A stretch of DNA of 64,000 nt, from positions 1 to 64,000 of IMG/VR virus record IMGVR_UViG_3300017917_005124. One strand, 5' to 3'. How positions within the stretch are numbered: position 1 is the stretch's first letter; each line of letters begins with the position of its first letter. This document shows, one piece after another, positions 20,103-28,986 of the stretch. Position numbers and translations under genes: made by a program. This DNA is from a virus. Below the pieces are notes generated by a model. It was not told where the DNA came from. It did no database searches and saw only the letters and a program-made list of their open reading frames with translations.

Positions 20103-20577
20103 AAAAATTAGAAAATATACAGGAAAAGTTCATGACTTAACTGTTGAAGAAACTCATTCATATAATATTGAGGGTTTAGGGGTTCATAATTCTGCTGCAG
20201 GAAGTTTGCTCTCTTGGTGTCTTGACATCACAAAGATTGACCCAATAAGATTTGACCTTTATTTTGAGCGTTTTCTTAATCCAGAGAGGAACTGCCTCAC
20301 ATCAAACTGTAATGTGATGCTTAAAGATGGCTCTTATAAAAATATTGTAGATGTTGAGGTTGGTGACCCTGTTCAGACTGAGCATGGACTTGGAACACTG
20401 GTTCAAAAGCATGAGAGAGAGCTTAGAGAAGATGAGAGTGTTTATGAGCTTGAAACTGAAGATGGAGCAAAGGTTCAGTTAACAGGTTGTCATATTGTTC
20501 CTGTGTTTAGAGAAGGTAAGAGAATAGAGGTTCGTGTTGATGAAATATTGGAGACCGACCAATTATTTGTATTTTAA
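20083..20577 (+). CDS. dnaE: DnaE fragment 2: IntC1 (36 aa) + 34-aa extein + IntN2 (94 aa)
   Basis: ...GLGVHN|[34 protein letters not shown]|CLTSNC...LTGCH; extein is 20191-20292. Confidence 0.93.
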   Translation: MAKLKSRKIRKYTGKVHDLTVEETHSYNIEGLGVHNSAAGSLLSWCLDITKIDPIRFDLYFERFLNPERNCLTSNCNVMLKDGSYKNIVDVEVGDPVQTEHGLGTLVQKHERELREDESVYELETEDGAKVQLTGCHIVPVFREGKRIEVRVDEILETDQLFVF

Positions 20578-20593
20578 AAAATTTAATTTGATT

Positions 20594-21288
20594 ATGAAAA
20601 AATATTTAGATATTAAGACTATTAAAGTTTCTAATTTAGTTGCTGAGTATATGATAAAGAAGTTTTTTCAAGAAAACTCTCCATCTCTTTTTAAGAAAGA
20701 GTTTGTAAAAATTTTTGAAATAGAAAAATTAATTAATGATTATCTGAGGCAAATTGATGAAGATGAAGTTAATTTATATATTAAAGAGCATAGAAAATTA
20801 GACTATAAATCAAGACCTTGTTTTGCTTTTATTTCTGATAATTTAACAAATCCACTTAGATTATATTTAGACCAACACACAGAAGGCGAAAGTGTTTGTG
20901 TTGATGATTTTTCCTTAGCAAGTGATTATTATACACAAGATTTAGAAACAAATAAGAATATAATGGATGTGAAATAGATAGAAGTGGTGTTTATGATTAT
21001 AAAAACAAAAAACTATATATTCCAGATTTTATTAATAGAAAGTTAAAGATTTTTATTGAGTTTAACGGTGATTATTGGCATTGTAATCCATGTATATTTA
21101 AAAAAGAATATTATAATACAGTTAAAAAAATGACTGCTGAAGAAATTTGGAATAAAGATAAATTTAGAAACGAAAGAATTAAGAAATTGACTGGATGTTG
21201 TTATTTGGTTGTTTGGGAAAATGATTGGAATAAAAACAAAGAAGAGGTTAAACAGATTTTAATAAAATTTTTAAATGAAAAAAAATAA
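20594..21288 (+). pseudogene. Frameshifted Vsr/EDxHD-like free-standing endonuclease
   Basis: ORF 20594-20977 plus a startless -1 frame 20956-21288 reading YIPDFINRKLKIFIEFNGDYWHCNP...VVWENDW. Confidence 0.8.
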
Positions 21289-22882
21289 AATAAAATCAAT
21301 AAAAAAAATTGATTATAAAGGAGTAGTTTACGACCTTTCTTTTAATAAAGATAATTTATTTTTTACTTCAAGTAATACTTTAAGTGAAGGTACTCAACTA
21401 TCTGTTTTAGTGCACAATAGCTCACCAGATATTGATATTGACTTTATGACTGGAACTGATGATATTACAAATAACTTTTTATATGAGAAATATGGAAGAG
21501 AGCGTGTGATGTCTGTTGGAACATTTGGAACATTTTCTGAGAAGAATACTATTAAGGATGTTGTTAGAGCATATCAAGGAAAGGATGCTACTGGATTTGG
21601 TTCAGATGTATTTGCGTTAACTGAGGAGATGCCAGACTTCCTTAAGTACAACGATACACTTGAGCACTGGTTCGAGACATGGCCAGATAATCCAGAATGT
21701 AGTCCTAGAGTTAGAAACTGGATTAAAGACCCTAAGAATAAAGAAATAATAGAAGTTGCACTTAAGCTTCAAGGTAATATAAGAGGTGTGGGTCAACATG
21801 CTGCTGGTATAGTAATTACTCCGAGTGAGTCTTGGAACTATGTTCCTACTAATATAATCGCATCAAACGAAAATATTGTTACAGCATTTCAAGAGGCTGA
21901 TAAATCTGGAAAAGACCTTAGTGCTCTTGGGATTTTAAAATTAGACAGACTTAAATTAGAAACTCTAAATGTAATCAAGGAGGCTATTGAGATTGTAAAG
22001 AAAAATAAGGGTATAGATATATCTGATAAAGTTGACTACGTTGACCTTGAGGATGAAAATTTATTCATTGAGCTTAGACTTGGGCTTAACCATGGTATAT
22101 TTCAGTTTGAGAGTAGTGGTATGAATAACTTAATAAGAGGAATGCAGGTTGAGAAGTTTGAAGAGCTTGTTGCATGTAATGCGCTCTATAGACCAGGTCC
22201 AATGGGAATTGGTGCCCACGAGGAGTTTATCACAAATAAATTTAATCCTGAAAAAATTAAATTGGTCCACCCAGCTCTTGAGCCAATTCTTAGAGAGACA
22301 AATGGAGTACTTGTATTTCAGGAGCAACTAATGTTTATTGCTGATAGAATTGGTGGAATGGGTCTTGGTAAGGGTGATAACCTTAGAAGATACATGGATA
22401 AGGCGAGTAAGATTATTGCTCGACACTCTGCAGGAGAAAAGCTTACTGAAGAAGAGTTAAACAATAGCAACTGGAAAGGGTTTCAACAATATTGGAATAT
22501 GTTCCTTGAGGGAGCTGCTGCTCAAGGGTATGATACTGCGGAGGTCGATAAAATTAAGGATTGGGTAATCCAATATCTTGGATATTCATTCAATAAGTGC
22601 TTAACAGAAAATCATAAAGTAATTTCTGAGGATAGAGGCGAGATTAACATTCTTGATGTGAAGATTGGAGAGAAAGTTCTTGGATATAATCCCGAAACTG
22701 GCGAGGATGAGTTTAATCAAGTTAAGGATATTCATCATAATGGCAGGAAAAAGGTTTACAGGATTAAAACGAAGTCTGGAAAAATATTAGAATGTACTGA
22801 AGACCATAAGATTATGACAGAAAGTGGGATGAAAACTTTAAAGGAGGTTAGAGAAAATAAATTAAAAATCAAAATTGTATGA
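21275..22882 (+). CDS. dnaE: DnaE fragment 3: IntC2 (48 aa) + catalytic palm/fingers (393 aa) + IntN3 (94 aa)
   Basis: VLVHN|SSPDIDIDF, GQHAAGIVI, LKLDRL, GIFQFES, ALYRPGPM, GYSFNK|CLTENH...CTEDH. Confidence 0.95.
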   Translation: MKKNKIKSIKKIDYKGVVYDLSFNKDNLFFTSSNTLSEGTQLSVLVHNSSPDIDIDFMTGTDDITNNFLYEKYGRERVMSVGTFGTFSEKNTIKDVVRAYQGKDATGFGSDVFALTEEMPDFLKYNDTLEHWFETWPDNPECSPRVRNWIKDPKNKEIIEVALKLQGNIRGVGQHAAGIVITPSESWNYVPTNIIASNENIVTAFQEADKSGKDLSALGILKLDRLKLETLNVIKEAIEIVKKNKGIDISDKVDYVDLEDENLFIELRLGLNHGIFQFESSGMNNLIRGMQVEKFEELVACNALYRPGPMGIGAHEEFITNKFNPEKIKLVHPALEPILRETNGVLVFQEQLMFIADRIGGMGLGKGDNLRRYMDKASKIIARHSAGEKLTEEELNNSNWKGFQQYWNMFLEGAAAQGYDTAEVDKIKDWVIQYLGYSFNKCLTENHKVISEDRGEINILDVKIGEKVLGYNPETGEDEFNQVKDIHHNGRKKVYRIKTKSGKILECTEDHKIMTESGMKTLKEVRENKLKIKIV

Positions 22883-23366
22883 TACAAATTGGAGTTATAT
22901 GTATTTCTACTCCTATTATAGATAATGATTATAACTTATCTATAAAATGGAACATTTGAATAAGATACCAGAACATGTGTTTTCTGGAATTAATAAAGAA
23001 GGTTTTTTAAAATATGTTGAGGATGTATTTATAAAAATAGAAAATTTAGATGAAATACATATTCCAGCTGCAATTTCATTTTTGAAGATTAAGTTTTTAA
23101 ATGGAAATATTGATTTTGAATCAGGCGCATTGATGATAAAAAGTCAATGTAAAAAGTAAGTTTTAATAAATCTCATACTACGCAATCCAAAAACTCGTCA
23201 TGCAACACCTAAAAGTGATATGCAGAAAAATAATTTGGAGAGAGATGAAAGAAAGCGTAATTTTGTAAAAGAAAATTTAGAATACGAACTCATTGAAGTA
23301 TGGGAAAATGATATAATTAATAATATTGAAAAAGTAAAAATATGCTTGAACAATTTGAAGAAATAG
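22879..23366 (+). pseudogene. Decayed Vsr-like endonuclease remnant
   Basis: Short ORF from ATG 22879, then ORF 22947-23159, then past its stop in the same frame NPKTR...RDERK...YELIEVWENDI, the C-terminal Vsr-like motifs; the catalytic core is absent. Confidence 0.65.
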
Positions 23367-24430
23367 TTGAATTTGAAGAAATAGGTGAAGTAGAAACTTA
23401 TGACCTTGAAATAGAATCTAAACATCATAATTTTTATGCTAATGGAATTTGTGTGTCTAATAGTCACTCACTTTCCTATTCATATCTTGCAATGCAAACG
23501 CTTTATTTAAAGCACTATTACCCTACAGAATTTTACACAGCTCTTCTAAATCACCCAAAATCTGGAACTAAGGAAAAGCAACAAGCGTGGATTGCGTCTG
23601 CGATTTCATCAGCAATGTCTAAGGGAATTATAATCAAGAGACCATCTAGAAAGTCAGGATGGGAGTGGACAATGACAGGAGACCATGAAATATCAATGGG
23701 GTTCTCTGGAATCAATGGATTGGGTACTATAGCTTATGAGGAAATGCTTCAACTTATAGATGAAATTCCAGTAGAAAATGGTCAACCTAAGAAGACTCTT
23801 GAGACTGTAAATATGAGTACATTTATGAGACTGCCGTTTAGTAAATTCAATAAAGGTGCGTTTACATCTTGTGTTAAGGCTGGTGTCTTTGATGACTGGA
23901 GCGAGTCAAGAGAGCAATTGCTTGCAATTAAGCAGAAAAAGAAAAAGAAAGTAATAGCAAACCAAGGTGTATTATTTGATATGAATGACTCTTCTTTTGA
24001 TATACCTATGCAAAAAGATGATGTTAATTATCCACCTACTTCTGATTTAACAAAGAGGTCTGAATTTATTGATGTATGTAATTTTGACCTTGAAAAAATA
24101 AAATATATTCTTGATATTAAGAGTGATGTAAATAATAGAGCTAAGAGAGAAAAGCCAGTTGATACTATAATTAATTTTGATGAAAATGATTACTATATTT
24201 TTGTTGTTGAGACATTTAGGCTTATGCAAAGTAAATCTGGAAAACAATATTTAACTATGAAAGTTGGCGATGGAATTAGTCATACTACAATTAGAGCATT
24301 TGAGCCAACTGTAAATGACCTCTTACCTATTTTGGTTACAAATGGTATTTATGTTGGTGAGTTTGAAAAAAATGACAAGGGGTATATCAATTTTAAGAGA
24401 GGAACCAGAATAGTAAGAGTTGATAAATAA
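23342..24430 (+). CDS. dnaE: DnaE fragment 4: IntC3 (40 aa, acidic) + C-terminal 322 aa
   Basis: YDLEI...NFYANGICVSN|SHSLSYSYLAMQTLYLKHYYPTEFYTALLN; HhH-like GFSGINGLG; OB-like C-terminus. Confidence 0.93.
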   Translation: MLEQFEEIVEFEEIGEVETYDLEIESKHHNFYANGICVSNSHSLSYSYLAMQTLYLKHYYPTEFYTALLNHPKSGTKEKQQAWIASAISSAMSKGIIIKRPSRKSGWEWTMTGDHEISMGFSGINGLGTIAYEEMLQLIDEIPVENGQPKKTLETVNMSTFMRLPFSKFNKGAFTSCVKAGVFDDWSESREQLLAIKQKKKKKVIANQGVLFDMNDSSFDIPMQKDDVNYPPTSDLTKRSEFIDVCNFDLEKIKYILDIKSDVNNRAKREKPVDTIINFDENDYYIFVVETFRLMQSKSGKQYLTMKVGDGISHTTIRAFEPTVNDLLPILVTNGIYVGEFEKNDKGYINFKRGTRIVRVDK

Positions 24431-24468
24431 ATTATATAGTTTGCTTGTTAAAAAATATATAAATAAAA

Positions 24469-24960
24469 ATGATTAACATATACACAGACGGAGCCTGCAA
24501 GGAAAATTCAAGGGATAATGGAACTCCAAGTGGATTAGGTGGTTGGGCATATGTAATTCTTGACCAGGAGCCAGGAAGAAATATGGAAATTGCACTCTCT
24601 GATTCAGACTTTGTAGATGGAACTACAAACCAGGAAATGGAAATAGTTGCTGTAGCAAAGGCTTTTGAGGCACTTGTCGGATATAAGATTGATGATAAGG
24701 TGATTTTATACTCAGATAGTGCCTATGTGATAAATTGCTTCAAGGATAGATGGTACGACAAGTGGAATTCCAACGGTTGGCTAAATAGTAAGGGAAATCC
24801 AGTAGAAAATCGTGAATCTTGGGAAATAGCGATAGATTTAGTCAATAGATTTGACGTAACTTTTTTTCATATTAAGAGAAACTCAACAAAATATATTTCA
24901 ATGGTCGATGAAATGGCGAAGAAGGCTTCTAAGAAACAAACCAGCCAAGAATCGTTATAG
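24469..24960 (+). CDS. rnhA: Ribonuclease HI
   Basis: IYTDGAC, TTNQEMEI, YSDSAYV, W...GW...VEN, VDEMAK. Confidence 0.9.
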   Translation: MINIYTDGACKENSRDNGTPSGLGGWAYVILDQEPGRNMEIALSDSDFVDGTTNQEMEIVAVAKAFEALVGYKIDDKVILYSDSAYVINCFKDRWYDKWNSNGWLNSKGNPVENRESWEIAIDLVNRFDVTFFHIKRNSTKYISMVDEMAKKASKKQTSQESL

Positions 24961-25339
24961 CAGTACTAAATAGTATAGAAAGTATTGCCACTACAGTCTT
25001 AGCTTTTATTTTAAAAGTCTTCAAGTCTTCTATTTCAATTCTATCTTTAATTTTTTCTTCTCTTATACTTTTAAGCTCACTTTCAAGTGTTTTTATTTCT
25101 TCGTTTGAAATCTTTATATCTTGAAGCGCCTTTTTCATATCTCTAAGGTCATCTGGATTTACAACTTTTTCTAAGTTCTCTTTCCAAATTTTTATATCTT
25201 GAAGAGCGTGTTTCATTCCGCCTATTCGAGTCATTTCAAGATTTGTCTCATGAAGAGAAGATGCGAGGTTGTCAATTTTATCTTCCATTTTTTGAAGTTG
25301 TTGCAAAATTAACACATTGTTGTTTTCGTTTCCTGTCAT
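24929..25339 (-). CDS. Coiled-coil protein with C-terminal transmembrane helix (possibly holin-related)
   Basis: Heptad-rich body followed by VVAILSILFSTAITILGWFVS. Confidence 0.5.
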   Translation of the reverse strand: MTGNENNNVLILQQLQKMEDKIDNLASSLHETNLEMTRIGGMKHALQDIKIWKENLEKVVNPDDLRDMKKALQDIKISNEEIKTLESELKSIREEKIKDRIEIEDLKTFKIKAKTVVAILSILFSTAITILGWFVS

Positions 25340-25468
25340 GATATTTTTGTTTAATAATTTAAAATAAACCTCTTTATAATATATATATTAGTTTTTTAAA
25401 AAAACATAATTTTTATGTTATAAAAACTCTTTTTATTTAATATTTATTTAAAAAGATATTGTATAAGT

Positions 25469-26296
25469 ATGAAAAAGCACTTAATAGAAGAATCACTAAA
25501 GAAAATGAAAAATATTGTTGAAGCAAGGATTAATGAAGCTCCAACACAACAGGCTTCAGCACAACAGGCTCCAACACAACAGGCTCCAGCACAGCAGGCT
25601 CCAGCACAACAAGCTCCAGCGCAGCAAGCTCCAGCACAGCAAGACCCGCAAAGAGACCAAAAAATAGCTAAAAATATTGATGTCACAATGGACCAAGCTA
25701 TGAATACAGTAGTTGCAAAATTACCTAGTATATTAGCTAATTTTGCAAAAACAAGTGGAGATAAAGACGGTTCTATTGATGCACCTGGTGTATACGACAA
25801 CAATCAAGTACAACAGCCACAGACGCAGGCACAACAGCCACAAGCAATAAAGGAGGGTGTTGTTTCTGAGATAACATTTGATGAAAGTAAGTTTATGCAA
25901 TGTGTGGATGGTGGTCTTAATGAAGGTGGAATACTTGGTTTAGCTATGTCGGCTCCAGCTATTTTAAAATATGGTGGTCAAGCTTCTAAGTGGATTGGTA
26001 AGAAAATGGATTCTCAATGGCTTCAGAAGTGGGGAAATAAAACTGCAGAGGCTGGTGAAAAACTTCATCATAAATATATTCACACAATAGAAAAGGTTTT
26101 AAAGCCACTTATGCCAAATGCAACTCCAGAACAATTACATAAGGCCGCAAATGGTGTATTCTTAGGTGCTGTTGGTGTTCTTTTTGCAGGGAGTCTAGCA
26201 CATCCAGGTATGTTAACTGGAATAAAGGGTGCAGAGCTTGGTCAAGAGGCTATTGCAGCACTTCAAAAATCTTTACCTTCTCTTGGGTTTGCGTAA
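25469..26296 (+). CDS. Hypothetical virion-associated protein with Gln/Ala/Pro repeats
   Basis: 275 aa, (APAQQ)n repeats, hydrophobic C-terminal half, preceded by TATTTATT. Confidence 0.6.
   Translation: MKKHLIEESLKKMKNIVEARINEAPTQQASAQQAPTQQAPAQQAPAQQAPAQQAPAQQDPQRDQKIAKNIDVTMDQAMNTVVAKLPSILANFAKTSGDKDGSIDAPGVYDNNQVQQPQTQAQQPQAIKEGVVSEITFDESKFMQCVDGGLNEGGILGLAMSAPAILKYGGQASKWIGKKMDSQWLQKWGNKTAEAGEKLHHKYIHTIEKVLKPLMPNATPEQLHKAANGVFLGAVGVLFAGSLAHPGMLTGIKGAELGQEAIAALQKSLPSLGFA
25538..25642 (+). repeat. 15-nt coding tandem repeat, 7 copies (APxQQ)
   Basis: GCTCCAGCACAACAG-like units. Confidence 0.9.
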
Positions 26297-26763
26297 TGGC
26301 AAAGAAAAATACATATAGAAGTCTTCTAAGGAAAGCGGTTTGTAAGGCTAAATTTGCAGCTAATCCAGCTGCATCAAAGGCTAAAAAAAAGAAGAGACTT
26401 GAAAGTTCTGCTAAGAAGATGTCTAATAAGATGACTAATCCAGAAAAAATATTTTCTGAGATGATGATTGAATTGGATGTTGAATTTGAGTCTCAAAAAA
26501 TTATTGATAATAAAATTTTTGATTTTTATATACCTTCTAAAAATTTAATAGTAGAGGTTCATGGTGATTATTGGCATAGCAATCCATTAATATACGAAGG
26601 TAAGGAGCTGAATAAGATACAAGTAAGAAATCAAAAAAATGATTTATTTAAAGAAACTCTAGCTAAGGGCATGGGATTTGATATTGAGGTGGTTTGGGAA
26701 TATGACCTTAAAAATAATTATAATGAACAAATAGAAAGGTTTAAAAAAATTTTAAAAAAATGA
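26296..26763 (+). CDS. Vsr/DUF559-like endonuclease, apparently intact
   Basis: MTNPE...FDFYIPSKNLIVEVHGDYWHSNP...VVWEYDL with a basic N-terminus. Confidence 0.8.
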   Translation: MAKKNTYRSLLRKAVCKAKFAANPAASKAKKKKRLESSAKKMSNKMTNPEKIFSEMMIELDVEFESQKIIDNKIFDFYIPSKNLIVEVHGDYWHSNPLIYEGKELNKIQVRNQKNDLFKETLAKGMGFDIEVVWEYDLKNNYNEQIERFKKILKK

Positions 26764-27128
26764 ATAATTCAATTAGAAAAATAATTAGAGAAGAGGTGTA
26801 TAGGGTGGTACAAGAAATTGGCGAGGACCCACTTCAAATAAATAAAGACATTATTGCCTCGAATGAAGAGCAAATAAAAGAGCTTGAGGCTGAGCTTAAA
26901 TTTAGACAAAACGACATGAGGGTTCAGGGATTGGAGCCTCAAGAAAAAAAAGCTAGAATTGAAAGGGCTGATTTAGTAAAGAAAAGGTTGGAGCTAGCTA
27001 AGAGTGAGCTTGAATTAGCAAAGCAATCTGGAATTAGCATAACTCAAATGCAACAAAGTCAATCTAGCTCTGAAGAACAATCTCAAACTCAAGATGTATC
27101 TCAAAGTCAAGTTAAGACTCAGATATAA
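26760..27128 (+). CDS. Coiled-coil hypothetical protein
   Basis: ATGA overlap with the upstream gene; N-terminal IRKIIREE motif. Confidence 0.6.
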   Translation: MNNSIRKIIREEVYRVVQEIGEDPLQINKDIIASNEEQIKELEAELKFRQNDMRVQGLEPQEKKARIERADLVKKRLELAKSELELAKQSGISITQMQQSQSSSEEQSQTQDVSQSQVKTQI

Positions 27129-27196
27129 TAAAATGTTTTTTTTATTTAATTTACTTTTTTTTTAACTTATATTTATTAAAAATAAAAAAAGTAAAT

Positions 27197-28108
27197 ATGA
27201 ATAATGAATCAATAATGTTAGGGGGGAACTCTGAAAGAAATGATAACCTAAGGCCAGTTAATACTGGAACAAATGTGCCTACTGAAGAAGTTCAAGTAAA
27301 TAAAACTTCTCAAGATATTGCAAAGGAGCATAATATACCTGAACAATATCTTGATACAGAATTTACAGTTCCAACGGAAAGAGTAGAATTGCCATCTAAG
27401 GGAGTTTTTTATCCTAACAATAAATCTTATGTAACTATTAAGTATCTTACTGCAGAGGAGGATGATATTCTTTATTCATCAGACCTTATTAAATCAGGAA
27501 AGGTTTTAGATGTTCTTCTTGATAAGTCAGTATTAGACAAAGACCTTAGACCAGAAGATATGTTATCTGGTGATAGAAACTTTATACTTATTGAAATGAG
27601 AAAAACTGGGCTTGGCTCAGATTATATGCCAGGTGAAATATCATGTCCGTCATGTGGTCAATCTCATAAGCCAACAATAGACCTTGATAAATTAAGTGCT
27701 AAGTACATTGAAATTATGCCAGACCAATTAGGTGAATATGAAGTTCAATTACCTATAATTAAGGCTAATTTAAAATTTAGATTACTTAATGGAAAGGATG
27801 AAAAGAGATTATCTAAGATTTCAGAAAATAAAACTGGAAATCCTGGTGGAATTAAAGTATCTAAGGTTATTACTGAAAAATACTTAATGCAAATAATGGA
27901 GGTTAATGGAAATAGAGATAAGTTGCATATAAAGAAGTTTATTAGTATTATGCCAATGAAGGACTCAGCATTTTTCAGAGAATATCTCAGAAGAATAGAG
28001 CCAGGATTAGACCTTTCTTATGATTTCGATTGTCCAAATTGTGGACATGTTGACTCAAGAGATATTCCGATTACACCAAAGCTGTTCTATCCTGATTTGG
28101 AGCAGTAA
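27197..28108 (+). CDS. Baseplate hub assembly protein (T4 gp26-like)
   Basis: VELPSKG, LTAEEDDIL, GDRNFIL and two CPxCG motifs. Confidence 0.75.
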   Translation: MNNESIMLGGNSERNDNLRPVNTGTNVPTEEVQVNKTSQDIAKEHNIPEQYLDTEFTVPTERVELPSKGVFYPNNKSYVTIKYLTAEEDDILYSSDLIKSGKVLDVLLDKSVLDKDLRPEDMLSGDRNFILIEMRKTGLGSDYMPGEISCPSCGQSHKPTIDLDKLSAKYIEIMPDQLGEYEVQLPIIKANLKFRLLNGKDEKRLSKISENKTGNPGGIKVSKVITEKYLMQIMEVNGNRDKLHIKKFISIMPMKDSAFFREYLRRIEPGLDLSYDFDCPNCGHVDSRDIPITPKLFYPDLEQ

Positions 28109-28751
28109 TTTTATTAGATTTCCAATTGTTTTCTTTCGCACAAAGCGGTTGAAAATTGCTGTAGTGATTTAATGATATAAGTTCAGCTTCATCTTTTGCG
28201 GATGAGGCTGGAATTATATGGTCAAGCTGCCACCTTTTTTCGGTTTCGCTGTATAATCCATGATTCGACCAATTCATCCAAGGTTCAAATTGATTTTCTA
28301 TGTGAATTTTAAATTCTTCAAATGTGTAGCCTAAGATTTGTGCTGTCTTGCTCGATTTTTTGTATCCCTGATTTTTAAAGTACTGAGATATAAGTCCACG
28401 AATATTTTCTTTGAGTTTAAAAAGTGAATTTTTTGCCTTTTTTAATTGATATTTTTCGTTTAATTTTTTTCTGTTGTTAATTCTATATAGTTTGTCTAGA
28501 TTTTTCTTTTTTTCCTTTCCTTCATCGCTATTTCTGTATTCTTTTATTTTGTTACAACATTCTTCTTTATTTTCGTTATAATATTTTGACGAATATTCTT
28601 TTCTAGCCTCTGTATTTTCTGAATAATATTTTTTGAGTCGATATTTCTCGCATTCAATGCAAGAATTTCTGTATTTACCAATATCTTTTCTGAAGTAAAA
28701 TCCAGATAATTCCTTTTCTAAATTACATCTTTTGCAAGTCTTTATCTCCAT
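28071..28751 (-). CDS. HNH-type free-standing endonuclease with N-terminal zinc ribbon
   Basis: CKRC...CIEC; MNWSNHG...WQLDHIIP...HYSNFQPLCAKEN. Confidence 0.8.
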   Translation of the reverse strand: MEIKTCKRCNLEKELSGFYFRKDIGKYRNSCIECEKYRLKKYYSENTEARKEYSSKYYNENKEECCNKIKEYRNSDEGKEKKKNLDKLYRINNRKKLNEKYQLKKAKNSLFKLKENIRGLISQYFKNQGYKKSSKTAQILGYTFEEFKIHIENQFEPWMNWSNHGLYSETEKRWQLDHIIPASSAKDEAELISLNHYSNFQPLCAKENNWKSNKITAPNQDRTALV

Positions 28752-28890
28752 TTTCACTCTTATTTAATTCGCTCATTATTATTTGCCTTATTTTAACAGA
28801 CATTCCAATTAATTCTTTATCACACTGCTTTGAGAACTTTTCTTTAATTTCTTTTGGAAGTCTAATAATTATTTCTGCATCATTTTTCAT
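28723..28890 (-). CDS. Ribbon-helix-helix (Arc/CopG-like) protein, 55 aa, absent from the ORF track
   Basis: MKNDAEIIIRLPKEIKEKFSKQCDKELIGMSVKIRQIIMSELNK...; TATTTATA 19 nt upstream; overlaps the HNH start. Confidence 0.7.
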   Translation of the reverse strand: MKNDAEIIIRLPKEIKEKFSKQCDKELIGMSVKIRQIIMSELNKSENGDKDLQKM

Positions 28891-28986
28891 TTTGTATAGC
28901 TTTTGTTAATATAAATATTCAAAAAAAATAAGAAATACTATTTATAAAACAAAATGATAATACTATATTTAATAAACTATTTTTAG

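Noticed and set aside
20950-20980. Programmed -1 frameshift producing an active Vsr-like nuclease
   Set aside because: No slippery heptamer or hairpin in the 22-nt overlap; decay is simpler given the other two gaps.
19652-23341. dnaE gaps as group I/II introns, or as sequencing frameshifts in ordinary cis inteins
   Set aside because: The gaps are filled edge to edge by endonuclease remnants with no evident ribozyme core. Each IntC has its own Met and complementary charge, and several errors per gap would be needed while other long genes are clean. Not formally excluded without reads or RT-PCR.
25444-25803. Minus-strand Cys-rich ORF (CCAGA)n
   Set aside because: Antisense shadow of the APAQQ repeat.
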